The notes beneath the pieces were generated by a model. The model was not told the origin of the DNA. It made no database searches and worked only from the letters and a program-made list of their open reading frames with translations. Made by a program: the position numbers and the translations under genes. Positions 38,233 through 47,196 of a stretch of 64,000 nt of DNA are shown in pieces. Location: the IMG/VR virus record IMGVR_UViG_3300047550_002841, positions 869 to 64,868 of that record, one strand, 5' to 3'. This DNA is from a virus (lineage: Duplodnaviria > Caudoviricetes). Within the stretch, counting starts at the first letter, position 1. Each line of letters opens with the position of its first letter.

Positions 38233-38544
38233 ATGAAAAAGAAAACATCATCATCAATCCTCATCAACGGAATCAAAGATTTACATCCAATGTACCAAGG
38301 TTATCTTATAGATAGACTGAAACACGACATTGAACACATCAAAGATGCATTGCCCGATCTCTATGAACAAGATAAAATAGACACTGCCAATGGCAAAATC
38401 AGTATGTTTCACCCCAATTTCTATGTTACTTATGTAAATCAAATCACCGACATCATTGATGCAATTGATAGGAACTATCATGACAATTGGAAATCTGACG
38501 AAGTATTTATACCAACCCCAAAAGTGCCTTACTTTGAAAATTAA
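38233..38544 (+). CDS. Hypothetical early protein
   Basis: 103-aa ORF between junction repeats. Confidence 0.6.
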   Translation: MKKKTSSSILINGIKDLHPMYQGYLIDRLKHDIEHIKDALPDLYEQDKIDTANGKISMFHPNFYVTYVNQITDIIDAIDRNYHDNWKSDEVFIPTPKVPYFEN

Positions 38545-38558
38545 TCACAGAAAAACCT

Positions 38559-38801
38559 ATGTACATCTTTATTGAAACCAAGTTTACACTTGAAATTAGA
38601 CCATGTTACCATTGTACCTCGATTTATCGGGGTACAATTACCAAACTCTACGCCATTACTCTCAAAGATCAGAGATCAAAGAAAGAATTGACTCATCGGC
38701 TTGTTCACGAAGATGAAATCTTAACCACAATTGAAGACATTCTACCACTTTACTCACAGCAAATTGCAAACCAAATCAAAGCAGAATTTAATCTAATCTA
38801 A
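38559..38801 (+). CDS. Hypothetical early protein
   Basis: 80-aa ORF after a junction repeat. Confidence 0.55.
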   Translation: MYIFIETKFTLEIRPCYHCTSIYRGTITKLYAITLKDQRSKKELTHRLVHEDEILTTIEDILPLYSQQIANQIKAEFNLI

Positions 38802-38803
38802 TC

Positions 38804-39367
38804 ATGAAACTACAAACCATTACCTCTGGTAACATCACCGTTGAACTCTATCTTGACGATAGTCCCGAAAATCCAAGAATGAACGACAATGAAACTAAGT
38901 TCGTTATGTTCCATAAACTTTACAAACTACCAAACGAAACAGGTATCCCAAATTACTCTGAGTTCTTTAACTCATGGCAAGAAATGCAACTTGACTTGCA
39001 GTCAAAATTCAAGTATGTAACTTCGGTTTACATGCTAAGTCATGGCTCTATTCACTTTTCTTTGACTGACTTCAATGATAGATGGGATTCGGGACAAGTT
39101 GGTTTTATCGTATCTAATAATGGAACATTAGACCAATTCAAAATGCATGCTCAAATTGAACTCATGGAATATGGCTATTATGCTAATGGAGATTGCTTCG
39201 GCTACACAGTCAATCACTCAGAGATAGAAGATACAGAGTCAGGATGGAACTTCCTTGGTGGTGACCATCACGAAAGTGGATTGGTAGATTGTTTAAGCGA
39301 TACTTTAGAGTATAGTTTTAATCAGAGCCCCGAGACTATTAACGAAATCATCAAACAATTAAACTAA
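38804..39367 (+). CDS. Hypothetical early protein
   Basis: 187 aa; HGSI...RWDSGQVGF motif. Confidence 0.65.
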   Translation: MKLQTITSGNITVELYLDDSPENPRMNDNETKFVMFHKLYKLPNETGIPNYSEFFNSWQEMQLDLQSKFKYVTSVYMLSHGSIHFSLTDFNDRWDSGQVGFIVSNNGTLDQFKMHAQIELMEYGYYANGDCFGYTVNHSEIEDTESGWNFLGGDHHESGLVDCLSDTLEYSFNQSPETINEIIKQLN

Positions 39368-39394
39368 TCAAAGAAAAACTAAATCACAGAAATT

Positions 39395-39754
39395 ATGGGA
39401 CGCTATTATTCAGGAGACATCGAAGGCAAATTTTGGTTTGCTTTACAATCATCAGATTGTGCCGACAGATTCGGCAGAACTGGGCTAACGCCAAATTACA
39501 TTGAGTACTATTTTGAAGCAGAAGACTTAGCCGAAGTTGAAGCAGAAATCCAAAGGATTGAAACTACACTTGGAGAGTTCAAAGAAAAAATAGATAAATT
39601 CTTTGAGGTCAACAATGGTTGGAACGACCAAATGCTTGCCGATAACGGCATTTCAAGATACCTTTTGTCTGAGTACGCTGATCTGTACCTTGGCTACAAG
39701 ATACGAGATGCAATCAAGGAAAACGGAAGTTGCCAATTTACGGCTGAATGGTAA
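39395..39754 (+). CDS. Hypothetical early protein
   Basis: 119 aa; N-terminus MGRYYSGDIEGKFWF. Confidence 0.65.
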   Translation: MGRYYSGDIEGKFWFALQSSDCADRFGRTGLTPNYIEYYFEAEDLAEVEAEIQRIETTLGEFKEKIDKFFEVNNGWNDQMLADNGISRYLLSEYADLYLGYKIRDAIKENGSCQFTAEW

Positions 39755-39769
39755 CAAAAACCACTTAAA

Positions 39770-39833
39770 TTACCTTATCCCTCTCATATAACTCTGAGTT
39801 TATGAAGAGTTATCTGAGAGGTAGATAAGGTAA
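39770..39833. repeat. 64-bp imperfect inverted repeat (hairpin 3)
   Basis: TTACCTTATC-CCTCTCA-t-ATAACTCT-[GAGTTTATGA]-AGAGTTAT-c-TGAGAGG-ta-GATAAGGTAA. Confidence 0.85.
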
Positions 39834-39865
39834 ACTAAATTAATCCAATCAACAAAGAAAACACC

Positions 39866-40609
39866 ATGAAAACACAAATCGAATTCACAGTACCTGCACA
39901 TCTTTTGTCTGATGGCAAAAGTAATGCAAAAACCAAGAAAAACCATCGCCCTACCAAGATTTTATATCTTGCTCCTGCGGAACAAAATGCCCTTGGCGTT
40001 AATCTATGTCCCTTTGCATCCAAAGGATGTACTAAATCTTGCTTGTTTACTGCAGGAATGGGGGTGTATGCCAATGTCAAGCAATCACGAATGAACCGAA
40101 CTCACTACTATCTACAAGATAGGTTCAACTTTCTTAATCAAATGGCTCACGAAATCACCAATACCGCAAAGCGGTTGCAAAAACTCGATAAGCCTTTGGC
40201 TGTTCGTCTTAATGGTACTTCAGATGTCAAGTTGGTTGAGCAACTTGTTGCTTCTTATGGCAACGACATCCCATCCAATGTTATCTTCTACGACTACACA
40301 AAAATCCCGAAAAAAGCTGGCGAGTATACACTCAAAAGTGGTCACCGCTATGTTGTCACCTTTAGTTTATCGGAAGATAATTGGGAAAACTTTGAGTGGC
40401 TTGTAGGTAACAAGTTAGCAGTCGGTGCGGCAGTCTTCGCAGTCAAGAAAGATCAACCTTTGCCTGAGTTTTACAAAGGTATGCCTGTCGTTGACGGTGA
40501 CTCTCGAGATGACTTGATGCTTGATGTACCTAAAGGTACTATTTTGGGACTCAGAGCCAAAGGCAAAGCCTTAAAAGACCAATCAGGATTTGTTATACAA
40601 AACTTTTAA
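39866..40609 (+). CDS. Gp88-like protein (Cys-cluster, radical-SAM-like)
   Basis: NLCPFASKGCTKSCL, VRLNGTSD, FYDYTK, DGDSRD and GLRAKG motifs. Confidence 0.7.
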   Translation: MKTQIEFTVPAHLLSDGKSNAKTKKNHRPTKILYLAPAEQNALGVNLCPFASKGCTKSCLFTAGMGVYANVKQSRMNRTHYYLQDRFNFLNQMAHEITNTAKRLQKLDKPLAVRLNGTSDVKLVEQLVASYGNDIPSNVIFYDYTKIPKKAGEYTLKSGHRYVVTFSLSEDNWENFEWLVGNKLAVGAAVFAVKKDQPLPEFYKGMPVVDGDSRDDLMLDVPKGTILGLRAKGKALKDQSGFVIQNF

Positions 40610-40620
40610 TCACAACAACT

Positions 40621-40815
40621 ATGATACTTCAAAAAGAATTAACCGAAGAAACCCTTGACAATGCAAGAGCATGGTTTGAATCACTTGGCTACTCAGTCGA
40701 AATCTCATGTAGTACTTTGTACCTTGAACTTGACTGCTGTTCAGTTGAACTATCTCAATCAGAGATTGAATGCAGAGCAGAATTATGGATAAATCACCTC
40801 AATCGCAAAGACTAA
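40621..40815 (+). CDS. Hypothetical protein, paralog A
   Basis: WF...G...TLY...EI..RAELW pattern shared with the next gene. Confidence 0.65.
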   Translation: MILQKELTEETLDNARAWFESLGYSVEISCSTLYLELDCCSVELSQSEIECRAELWINHLNRKD

Positions 40816-40827
40816 TCACAGAAAAAC

Positions 40828-41016
40828 ATGAGCAATTTAGAAAAAGCATTCCGTTGGTTCCAAGAAAATGGTCATGAAGTGACCATGGATGACAACACTT
40901 TGTACATTGTAGTATGGAATACTACTTTGGAAGAGTCAATCGATGTACAAGTCAGCACTGCGGAAATTGACTACCGAGCAGAACTATGGCAAAGCCTACA
41001 AACCAATCAAAACTAA
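40828..41016 (+). CDS. Hypothetical protein, paralog B
   Basis: WF...G...TLY...EI..RAELW pattern shared with the previous gene. Confidence 0.65.
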   Translation: MSNLEKAFRWFQENGHEVTMDDNTLYIVVWNTTLEESIDVQVSTAEIDYRAELWQSLQTNQN

Positions 41017-41029
41017 TCACAGAAAAACT

Positions 41030-41245
41030 ATGGACATTAATCAAAAATCATCAGCAGACCACATCATCGAGCATTTAATTGCCATCGATGTAGACGGAGA
41101 AACTATGCACTACATCATTGAAAAAACAGGTTTGAGTTATCAAATGCTTCATCAACTAATCATGTTGGCAGGTGACAATGAACTCAACTATGTTCTTTCA
41201 GAACGAAACGAAATTCACGACCAAGGAAAAAACACACATTTATGA
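41030..41245 (+). CDS. Hypothetical early protein
   Basis: Likely start MDINQK directly after a junction repeat. Confidence 0.55.
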   Translation: MDINQKSSADHIIEHLIAIDVDGETMHYIIEKTGLSYQMLHQLIMLAGDNELNYVLSERNEIHDQGKNTHL

Positions 41246-41544
41246 TAACAAAAACGAAAGCACTCGAAATTATTGACTCAGGCAAGTTCTTTTCTTGCAA
41301 GTTTGTAAAACAAAACGGAGAGGTTAGAACCCTCCGTGGCAGAACTGGTGTACGAAAGTACACTGACAAAAACGGCAATTGCCAAACCATTAAAAATGTT
41401 GGCATGAAATACAAGCCAAAAGACATGGGCTATCGTGTGGTTTTGGATCTTGACAAGAGAGAATACCGCATGATAAACACCATCACAATCGTAGAATTCA
41501 ACAACCAACCAATCGGAAACTTTAACCTATCAAAATCAATCTAA
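41242..41544 (+). CDS. Sm-like/SH3 (WYL_2-like) beta-barrel protein
   Basis: FFSCKFVKQNGEVR...GV...VLDLDKREYRMIN pattern. Confidence 0.55.
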   Translation: MITKTKALEIIDSGKFFSCKFVKQNGEVRTLRGRTGVRKYTDKNGNCQTIKNVGMKYKPKDMGYRVVLDLDKREYRMINTITIVEFNNQPIGNFNLSKSI

Positions 41545-41547
41545 GAC

Positions 41548-41799
41548 ATGAAAGCACCTGCAGGACACTACCGCAAACTAATCAGCAATCCTCACATCAG
41601 AATTGCCTTTACTCACACTCCAATTTATGGCTGTATCAAAGTTAATAGTGATTCAGTCATAGAAGAACTTAAACAAAGTAACGATGAGTATGCTCAGTAT
41701 TACATCGATGGTCTTACAAGTGGTAACATGGTTACCATTGTAGAACAATCAGTTGAACACTACTATCGTAACAACGGAGAACTTTTCTTTACAACTTAA
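41548..41799 (+). CDS. Hypothetical early protein
   Basis: 83-aa ORF in a tight gene run. Confidence 0.55.
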   Translation: MKAPAGHYRKLISNPHIRIAFTHTPIYGCIKVNSDSVIEELKQSNDEYAQYYIDGLTSGNMVTIVEQSVEHYYRNNGELFFTT

Positions 41800-41802
41800 T
41801 CT

Positions 41803-42069
41803 ATGATAAAAGTATATTTTCAATCAGAGATTGGTAGCCACTCAGAGTTAGTGGCTACCTTTAAATCAGACGAAATGTATCAACACTTCATCCCAATGCT
41901 TGAGCATCTTGCCTCTAAACAACGCTGTTTTGTCACTGAGACTATGTCTGAGTTTGACATTGCAGAAGTAATCCCCAATCAATTGACGCAGGTACTAACC
42001 TCACTTGAGGAAGGTGATTTCAATGGGGCAACAATGGAACTTGAAGATTTAATCGACCGCCTAAAATAA
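41803..42069 (+). CDS. Hypothetical early protein
   Basis: 88-aa ORF in a tight gene run. Confidence 0.6.
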   Translation: MIKVYFQSEIGSHSELVATFKSDEMYQHFIPMLEHLASKQRCFVTETMSEFDIAEVIPNQLTQVLTSLEEGDFNGATMELEDLIDRLK

Positions 42070-42075
42070 ACTAAA

Positions 42076-42141
42076 TTATCTATGTCATCTTTGAGTATAC
42101 CCCATATTTATGGGGGGTATACTCAAAGAGACAATAGATAA
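42076..42141. repeat. 66-bp imperfect inverted repeat (hairpin 4)
   Basis: TTATCTAT-GTC-a-TCTTTGAGTATACCCC-loop-GGGGTATACTCAAAGA-GAC-a-ATAGATAA. Confidence 0.85.
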
Positions 42142-42155
42142 AACCAACAAAAATT

Positions 42156-42380
42156 ATGAACAAAACACAACAAATCGAACACAGAATGGCTATGATTTTG
42201 GATGACCTCCGAGTTATTAGACAACACATTTACACCGAAAACCTCGGGGAATCTTTTGAAAAGCCTACAACGGTGGCTGATGAGTGTTGGACTCACTTCA
42301 ACAACATCGAGATTGCTTGCGACTTAAACTCTGAAGAGAGTTTATCTTGGACATTGTTTGACCAATCAAAGAAAAAATAA
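42156..42380 (+). CDS. Hypothetical early protein
   Basis: 74-aa ORF. Confidence 0.55.
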   Translation: MNKTQQIEHRMAMILDDLRVIRQHIYTENLGESFEKPTTVADECWTHFNNIEIACDLNSEESLSWTLFDQSKKK

Positions 42381-42382
42381 TC

Positions 42383-42886
42383 ATGACACAATTAGATTTA
42401 CAATCACTGGACCGCCATTACTTTTGGAATGAACGACCCAAAGCAGTTCTACAAGATTTATCAAACAACTTTGATAAAGTTGAAGACATGACCTATCTCA
42501 ATGACACTTGTCCCTCATTAGTAATCAACGATTACATTCGTTTGTTTCTGCCCAATTCCATTTTTGACAATGGTGAAACAAGCACCAACAAATATGCGGT
42601 AGTCATTGACGAAACACACACCTTTGCAGGATCTAAGTTTTACACCTTTGATGAATTACATCATGCCGTTGAAAAAATCGATGAGTTATTGGCTGAAAAA
42701 CCATCACGACCACCCCTCTACGAAGTGGGTATTGACAGGGGTGAAACAGGTACCGAAACTCTGGCTAAATTCCCTACCATTTACGATGCTGATACATTTA
42801 TGTATGGCTACCAAATGGCAGATCCCAATGCAAAATTATTTATCGATACGATAACTTTTGATTATGTTTCAACTCTAAATAAATAA
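42383..42886 (+). CDS. Hypothetical early protein
   Basis: 167 aa; YLNDTCPS motif. Confidence 0.6.
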   Translation: MTQLDLQSLDRHYFWNERPKAVLQDLSNNFDKVEDMTYLNDTCPSLVINDYIRLFLPNSIFDNGETSTNKYAVVIDETHTFAGSKFYTFDELHHAVEKIDELLAEKPSRPPLYEVGIDRGETGTETLAKFPTIYDADTFMYGYQMADPNAKLFIDTITFDYVSTLNK

Positions 42887-42890
42887 CACT

Positions 42891-43097
42891 ATGAATTTAC
42901 TTCACCTATCTACTCTACTTGACGATGGTACCATCTATGAATCTGAAGCCGAAGCAAAACTTCGTTTTAAATACTTACTAAACCAAATCAGTAAGATTTA
43001 TGACGAACTTGAAGAAAGTGGTGGAAGTGAAGAGCAGTATGCTCTTGGCGATGTAATGAATATGCTTTACCATTTAAGTAACTATGAAAAAATATAA
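42891..43097 (+). CDS. Hypothetical early protein
   Basis: 68-aa acidic ORF. Confidence 0.55.
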   Translation: MNLLHLSTLLDDGTIYESEAEAKLRFKYLLNQISKIYDELEESGGSEEQYALGDVMNMLYHLSNYEKI

Positions 43098-43464
43098 GAT
43101 ATATCGAAACCTCCATCGTAACTGCTTCAGTGTACTAAAGTACAATCCTGAAAAGAAAGGCTATCGGTTGCACGAATACATTACACATGGTATCTTGCAT
43201 GATGTTGTAGCAAAAGTTTCTCAGGCTGGTCGACAAAGAGTTATCAAAGAAAAACAAAAGAATGTACATGCATATCTTCTCTGTGAAAAGTATGATAAAC
43301 TCGATCGATTTTCCTTTGACTCATTGGATTTCCATGAAATCTCTTACAACCCTTACATACATGATTCCTTTGTAGTCGGTCTCACTAAAACCTTTACATC
43401 AGCCACCAAAGTCGGATTAACTATTGATAGTTACACCGCCAAAGCATTACTCTTAGAAAAATAA
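43084..43464 (+). CDS. Conserved phage hypothetical protein
   Basis: YRNLH...GRQRVIKEKQKNVHA...SYNPY motifs. Confidence 0.65.
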   Translation: MKKYKIYRNLHRNCFSVLKYNPEKKGYRLHEYITHGILHDVVAKVSQAGRQRVIKEKQKNVHAYLLCEKYDKLDRFSFDSLDFHEISYNPYIHDSFVVGLTKTFTSATKVGLTIDSYTAKALLLEK

Positions 43465-43542
43465 ATTTTGAAATTACACAAACATCCTTTTTATTTGCAA
43501 AACCAATCACCAAACTTTACACAACTTAAACCAAAACAAATT

Positions 43543-44502
43543 ATGAAAAACACAAACCAAATCAACAACGAATTCACAATGAACACACCTGCCTTGTCTA
43601 TCGAAAACTTTGAGAAGACTATGAATCTTCTTGAAAGTACTGGTCTTAACTGGGAAGTTAAGAAAGAACAATTCTCACATCCTTCGGGATTGACTACTCC
43701 ATTTTATGGTATCTTCCGATACGATCAAAATGCTAACACTCCAACCCAATGCTTGGGGTCTGTAAAAGAAAGGTATACACCTTTCCAAAACTGGGAACTT
43801 GCCGACACCATTGTTCGTGCTACTGAGGGAATTGGTATTACTACCAACCGGGGCGGTCAACTTAACAACGGCAACAAGGTTTACCTTCAAGCACAATTGC
43901 CCGATGAATATGTGGGTAAGTCTGACATTAAACGCTGGGTTACAGTCTTGAACTCACACGATGGTTCATCATCCATTGGCTTTGGTTCTACCAATACTGT
44001 GGTTGTATGTCAAAATACTTTCCACAGAGCCTTCAAAGAAACTGATAAGTTTCGCCACACTGCCAGTGCAAAAGAGCGTATTGAAATTGCCATCCGTCAG
44101 TTCCAAGACACGATCAATGCAGACAAGAATCTATTCGATTCCTTCAAGCGTATGGCAGAACTGAAACCCGATGAGAGTTTGGTACAAGCGGTCATAAACA
44201 AAATGTTTAAGGTCGATGTAGTCAAGAACTCACAAGAAGATATTTCTACTCGTAGAATGAATCAAATCCAATCGTTTGCACAAGCCTACAACATCGAGCG
44301 TGACCTTGAGGGTGACAATGTTTGGGGATTGTTCAATGCCGTAACTCGTTACACCAACCACATGGCTGCTCCTTCAGAGCAATCACGCAAGACTAACTAT
44401 CTAATGACAGGTGGTGGTTACGACATTAACAACACAGCTTATGATACAATCATGGGTTGGCTTGAGGAACGCACCGCTAAGACTGTGTTTTCGTTTTCAT
44501 AA
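43543..44502 (+). CDS. DUF932-family phage/plasmid protein
   Basis: GLNWEV, LGSVKERYTPFQN, NSHDGS, VVCQNT, HT and WGLFNAVT motifs; likely start MKNTNQ. Confidence 0.85.
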   Translation: MKNTNQINNEFTMNTPALSIENFEKTMNLLESTGLNWEVKKEQFSHPSGLTTPFYGIFRYDQNANTPTQCLGSVKERYTPFQNWELADTIVRATEGIGITTNRGGQLNNGNKVYLQAQLPDEYVGKSDIKRWVTVLNSHDGSSSIGFGSTNTVVVCQNTFHRAFKETDKFRHTASAKERIEIAIRQFQDTINADKNLFDSFKRMAELKPDESLVQAVINKMFKVDVVKNSQEDISTRRMNQIQSFAQAYNIERDLEGDNVWGLFNAVTRYTNHMAAPSEQSRKTNYLMTGGGYDINNTAYDTIMGWLEERTAKTVFSFS

Positions 44503-44518
44503 TTATCAATTGTTGGTT

Positions 44519-44547
44519 GCCCCTCACCATTAGGTGGGGGGCTTTTT
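44519..44547 (+). terminator. Rho-independent terminator
   Basis: GCCCCTCACC-ATTA-GGTGGGGGGC-TTTTT. Confidence 0.75.
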
Positions 44548-44559
44548 AAAAACACTACT

Positions 44560-44772
44560 ATGGCTAAAAAAATAAACAAAGAAGTATCATTAGAAAAATC
44601 TTTTAAGGACATGGATGACATGGAGCGTAGAATCTTCTTGACTTATGTCTCCGAACACCTATTACATTACGACACCCATTTCAAAGAAATGGTAGATATA
44701 CTAACTAAATGGGAAACCACAAACCCTATACCATCAAGACTTGAATACACTATCCACGAAACACTCAACTAA
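44560..44772 (+). CDS. Hypothetical protein
   Basis: 70-aa ORF. Confidence 0.55.
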   Translation: MAKKINKEVSLEKSFKDMDDMERRIFLTYVSEHLLHYDTHFKEMVDILTKWETTNPIPSRLEYTIHETLN

Positions 44773-44776
44773 GATC

Positions 44777-45418
44777 ATGAAAAAACAAAAACGCACACTA
44801 GTAATTCATCCTAAGGATGTAACAACCGATTTCTTAATTCCTATTTACAAATCACTGAATCCAAATACTACCACCATCCTCACTACTTACGAAGAAGTAG
44901 AAAAGAATTCACTTGCCACCCAAATCAAAAAGCATGATCGCATTATCATGCTGGGTCACGGATTCCCCGGGGGTCTGTGGGGTTTCGATCGACTGCTGAT
45001 AAACGACTCAAACGCAGAATTACTTCGTAACAAAGAATTAGTTGGTATTTGGTGCCATGCAAATCAGTTCTTTGAAAAGCATGGTTTGCTCGGAGTCTAC
45101 TCCGGCATGATAATATCAGAGCCTCTAGAAGCTATATTCTATAGTGTTCCTTACACCGACAGCATGATTCATGAGTCAAACACTTTGTTTACTAAAGCCG
45201 TAACTCAGTCAATTACTTCGACTACTCCAATTGAAGTCTTCCGTAGTATGTACCGAAGTGAAAGCAATCCAGTTATGATTTACAATCAAGACAATTTCTT
45301 TCATGCTTATGAAGTACATCAATTAGAAGACAATGAGCAAGCAATGGTTGACTACAATGCGATGGAGGAGGAATGGGAAATGGATAACTATAACGAAATA
45401 GCACATGAGCAACAATAA
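44777..45418 (+). CDS. Putative caspase/gingipain-fold (clan CD) cysteine peptidase
   Basis: Strand-His-Gly (IIMLGHG) and strand-Cys (VGIWCHA) dyad arrangement; likely start MKKQKR. Confidence 0.5.
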   Translation: MKKQKRTLVIHPKDVTTDFLIPIYKSLNPNTTTILTTYEEVEKNSLATQIKKHDRIIMLGHGFPGGLWGFDRLLINDSNAELLRNKELVGIWCHANQFFEKHGLLGVYSGMIISEPLEAIFYSVPYTDSMIHESNTLFTKAVTQSITSTTPIEVFRSMYRSESNPVMIYNQDNFFHAYEVHQLEDNEQAMVDYNAMEEEWEMDNYNEIAHEQQ

Positions 45419-45665
45419 ACAAAGTATGAAACTATACACAGAAGAACAAGTAAAGCATATGTTAATTGGATTAATTGGTTCAGCAAAAACTGTAGATGAT
45501 TTTTTGCATAGGTATTATACCCCCATCGAACTACCAACCCCCATCGAACTACCTAATGATGATGAGATACATAAACAGGCAATTAATTACTCGGGTTTTG
45601 ACAATGAATTTAAGGCAGGCGCAAAATGGATGCGTGATAAAATACAAGGAGGTAACAATGAGTAA
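45405..45665 (+). CDS. MSNNKQ cassette protein 1
   Basis: MSNNKQSMKLYTEEQ...TPIELPTPIELP...FKAGAKWMRDKIQGGNNE. Confidence 0.7.
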   Translation: MSNNKQSMKLYTEEQVKHMLIGLIGSAKTVDDFLHRYYTPIELPTPIELPNDDEIHKQAINYSGFDNEFKAGAKWMRDKIQGGNNE

Positions 45666-45888
45666 TAAACAAATAATAGCAACACGCAAATGGATAGTTG
45701 AACACATCACATATAGTGATGGAACAACTGCAATTAGCAGAACAAACGATGGATTTAATTCTTTTGAATTAATGGGTATACTTGAATTATCTAAAGACGA
45801 CATAATTAATCAAATAAAAGGAAATGTCAAGCCCGAAGTAGTTAAAAGAAAAGTAATTTTAGAGAAAAAGTCAAACCAAAAACAATGA
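45658..45888 (+). CDS. MSNNKQ cassette protein 2
   Basis: Start MSNKQII lies within the repeat. Confidence 0.7.
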   Translation: MSNKQIIATRKWIVEHITYSDGTTAISRTNDGFNSFELMGILELSKDDIINQIKGNVKPEVVKRKVILEKKSNQKQ

Positions 45889-45971
45889 GCAACAATAAAC
45901 AAAGTATGCCAATTTCAGTTAAAATATTTTTATTTTTTTTATTAATTGCTTACATACACAGAAAGAGTTAA
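45885..45971 (+). CDS. MSNNKQ cassette micro-protein 3 (28 aa, hydrophobic)
   Basis: MSNNKQSMPISVKIFLFFLLIAYIHRKS. Confidence 0.5.
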   Translation: MSNNKQSMPISVKIFLFFLLIAYIHRKS

Positions 45972-45973
45972 TT

Positions 45974-46129
45974 ATGATTAAATACACAGAAAGAGAAATA
46001 GAACACGAAAGAAAATATCACTATTACAAGGGTTATTCTAAAGGTGTATTGACTACATTTATTTTAATGAGTTTATATTATATTTTTATTGTAGTATTTG
46101 ATTATTATTTAAATGGAGGTAACAAATGA
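45974..46129 (+). CDS. Small membrane protein ending in the repeat (GGNK)
   Basis: MIKYTEREIEHERKYHYYKGYSKGVLTTFILMSLYYIFIVVFDYYLNGGNK. Confidence 0.6.
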   Translation: MIKYTEREIEHERKYHYYKGYSKGVLTTFILMSLYYIFIVVFDYYLNGGNK

Positions 46130-46461
46130 GCAACAATAAACAAAACGAAAACAATAACGCTAAACATCAATTTAGCAACACAGAACCTTTGACACACGCA
46201 CAGAAAATCGCTGTTGCAAATAAAATGAGCAACAATAAACAAGGTAGTGTAAAGTGGTTATTTGAACAAGTGTGTAATTTAGATTGGAAAAATATTCAAG
46301 GAGAAAAAAAGTTGGAAATTCTTGAACAAGCCAAAGCAATGCACAAGGAGGAAGTGACATCATTTACTGCAGATTGGAGTATTCAGTATAAATATGAAAA
46401 TGGCAAAAACATTAATCAATTTTACTACGAAACATTTGGAGGTAACAATGAGCAACAATAA
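46126..46461 (+). CDS. MSNNKQ cassette protein 4 (two fused cassettes)
   Basis: Second in-frame MSNNKQ at 46225; W...EQAK.M...YYETFGGNNEQQ. Confidence 0.7.
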   Translation: MSNNKQNENNNAKHQFSNTEPLTHAQKIAVANKMSNNKQGSVKWLFEQVCNLDWKNIQGEKKLEILEQAKAMHKEEVTSFTADWSIQYKYENGKNINQFYYETFGGNNEQQ

Positions 46462-46678
46462 ACAACAAACGGCAGTGGAGTGGTTTGCGGAACGCATACA
46501 AAGTGATAAAATATTCAACTTTGAAAAAGTTTTAGAACAAGCCAAAGAAATGGAGAAGGAAAGAATTGAAACTGCATACAACAAAGGAACAGTTCATGGA
46601 ATTGATTATCCTGAAAGTACACTACCAATAACTGGTGAACAATACTACAACGAAACCTACGGAGGAGGTGAGCAATGA
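46448..46678 (+). CDS. MSNNKQ cassette protein 5
   Basis: MSNNKQQTAVEWF...EQAKEMEKERI...EQYYNETYGGGEQ. Confidence 0.75.
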   Translation: MSNNKQQTAVEWFAERIQSDKIFNFEKVLEQAKEMEKERIETAYNKGTVHGIDYPESTLPITGEQYYNETYGGGEQ

Positions 46679-46902
46679 CAAACAATAAACAACAAACGGA
46701 AGCCGATGTTTTAGAATTGGCGATGAAACTTTATCCATTTAGTAATTCTGAAAGGAATGCCTTTATTGATGGGTATAACAAAGCAAATGAAATAGACAAG
46801 GAAGAAATAGTCAAAGCATTTGACCGTGGGCGAGTTTGGAATATGTCTTGGGATGGAGAATCTTATTATGAGGAAATTATAATTAAAGGTAATAATGAAT
46901 AA
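46675..46902 (+). CDS. MSNNKQ cassette protein 6
   Basis: MTNNKQQTE...AFIDGYNKA...ESYYEE...GNNE. Confidence 0.7.
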   Translation: MTNNKQQTEADVLELAMKLYPFSNSERNAFIDGYNKANEIDKEEIVKAFDRGRVWNMSWDGESYYEEIIIKGNNE

Positions 46903-46915
46903 TTCGGAGGTAACA

Positions 46916-47194
46916 ATGAGCAACAATAAACAAATAAAAAACGGAGATGTATTTGACATAGGTCAAACAGTAAATGGCGTAAGCAGGTTTCTTTGGTTCA
47001 ATAATGCATGGTATTACTTTGAAGAAAGGTTATCAAGGGAATACGAATACGACCAAGATGAATTAACAAAAACTGTACAAAACTGGAATGACCTTGAAGA
47101 AATTACATTTATTAAAAACATATTTGATACAACAAATATAAAAATATTAGCAGTTAATCACTTGCCGTTAGGTAGCACTTTAGAAGGGAGGTAA
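46916..47194 (+). CDS. MSNNKQ cassette protein 7
   Basis: MSNNKQIKNGDVFDIGQTVNG. Confidence 0.7.
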   Translation: MSNNKQIKNGDVFDIGQTVNGVSRFLWFNNAWYYFEERLSREYEYDQDELTKTVQNWNDLEEITFIKNIFDTTNIKILAVNHLPLGSTLEGR

Positions 47195-47196
47195 CA

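Larger units (their letters stand above)
38218..41030 (+). repeat. Intergenic junction repeat TAATCACAGAAAAA..ATG
   Basis: Copies at 38218, 38542, 40813 and 41014; variants at 39365-39394 and 40607. Confidence 0.8.
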
